Source: Frankiales bacterium
GTDB taxonomy: Bacteria > Actinomycetota > Actinomycetes > Mycobacteriales > SCTD01
Assembly: GCA_031416735.1 (NCBI GenBank)
Contig: JANOTZ010000167.1
Coordinates: 1-45,723, forward strand
Length of the DNA stretch: 45,723 bases
Direction of reading: 5' to 3'
Shown one piece after another: positions 45,648 through 45,723 of this stretch; the first letter of the stretch is position 1; each line of letters starts with the position of its first letter. Position numbers and translations under genes: made by a program. Under the pieces are notes generated by a model. That model saw only the letters and a list, made by a program, of their open reading frames with translations, ran no database searches and had not been told where the DNA came from.

Positions 45648-45723
45648 GGCTCCCTGTTGGTGGGGGTGTCAGTCTGGCATAACTTCATTGAGTGTTCAAT
45701 CATTCCTTTCGTGGGAACCTCGA
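45648..45723. repeat. right arm of the perfect 76-bp inverted repeat (touches the window end)
   Basis: See the left arm. The arm contains TTGAAC, the palindrome ATTGA-acac-TCAAT, and AGGGAG 6 nt before the VOC ATG. Confidence 0.95.

Overview
High-G+C actinobacterial chromosomal segment (77% in a core-gene sample I counted), densely coding on both strands. It holds about 45 protein genes and one tRNA-Arg(CCT), with no rRNA and no CRISPR. All calls come from reading the translated ORFs, motifs and the DNA by eye; no database search was run, and start codons are my best choice within each ORF. BACKBONE: the backbone is housekeeping. From memory, its gene content recalls the mycobacterial ercc3 / cspB / marR / serC / citA / pdxH ... 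mscL neighbourhood. It contains an XPB helicase plus its large partner, a cold-shock-domain protein, futalosine genes mqnB/mqnD, a Liv-type ABC importer with a permease-ATPase fusion, MarR+MFS, a CHAP hydrolase, serC, citA and pdxH. It also contains a PlsC / CFA-synthase / DUF1365 / amine-oxidase cluster, mscL, an FAD-linked oxidase, MTA phosphorylase, an FmdB zinc-ribbon protein, a sortase-anchored M14 carboxypeptidase and a 2H phosphoesterase. MAIN ODDITIES: (1) Two tandem insertions at 24.9-29.6 kb are bounded by inverted repeats and share a 14-bp direct repeat placed exactly on the stop codon of a thioesterase gene. The 4.4-kb unit has lower G+C and carries an RsbQ/KAI2-like hydrolase translationally coupled to a PAS-GAF-GGDEF cyclase with an in-frame amber codon. 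It also carries a (GACGT)10 microsatellite and a decayed IS21 istA fragment, but no intact transposase. (2) A perfect 76-bp inverted repeat reaches the right window edge and encloses a 178-bp 5' fragment of a VOC/glyoxalase gene. (3) An overlapping XRE-HTH / minimal-nucleotidyltransferase pair has a palindromic operator and is a toxin-antitoxin-like candidate. OTHER ODDITIES: a HAD-LarE fusion, a HipA C-terminal relic, a receiver domain lacking its phospho-acceptor segment, an MscL with a CxxC-x10-CxxC tail, and two short duplications (47 and 53 bp period) sitting exactly on stop/start junctions of one operon. The signalling island (1) is my best candidate for an under-described system, but none of these claims has been tested experimentally or by a database search.
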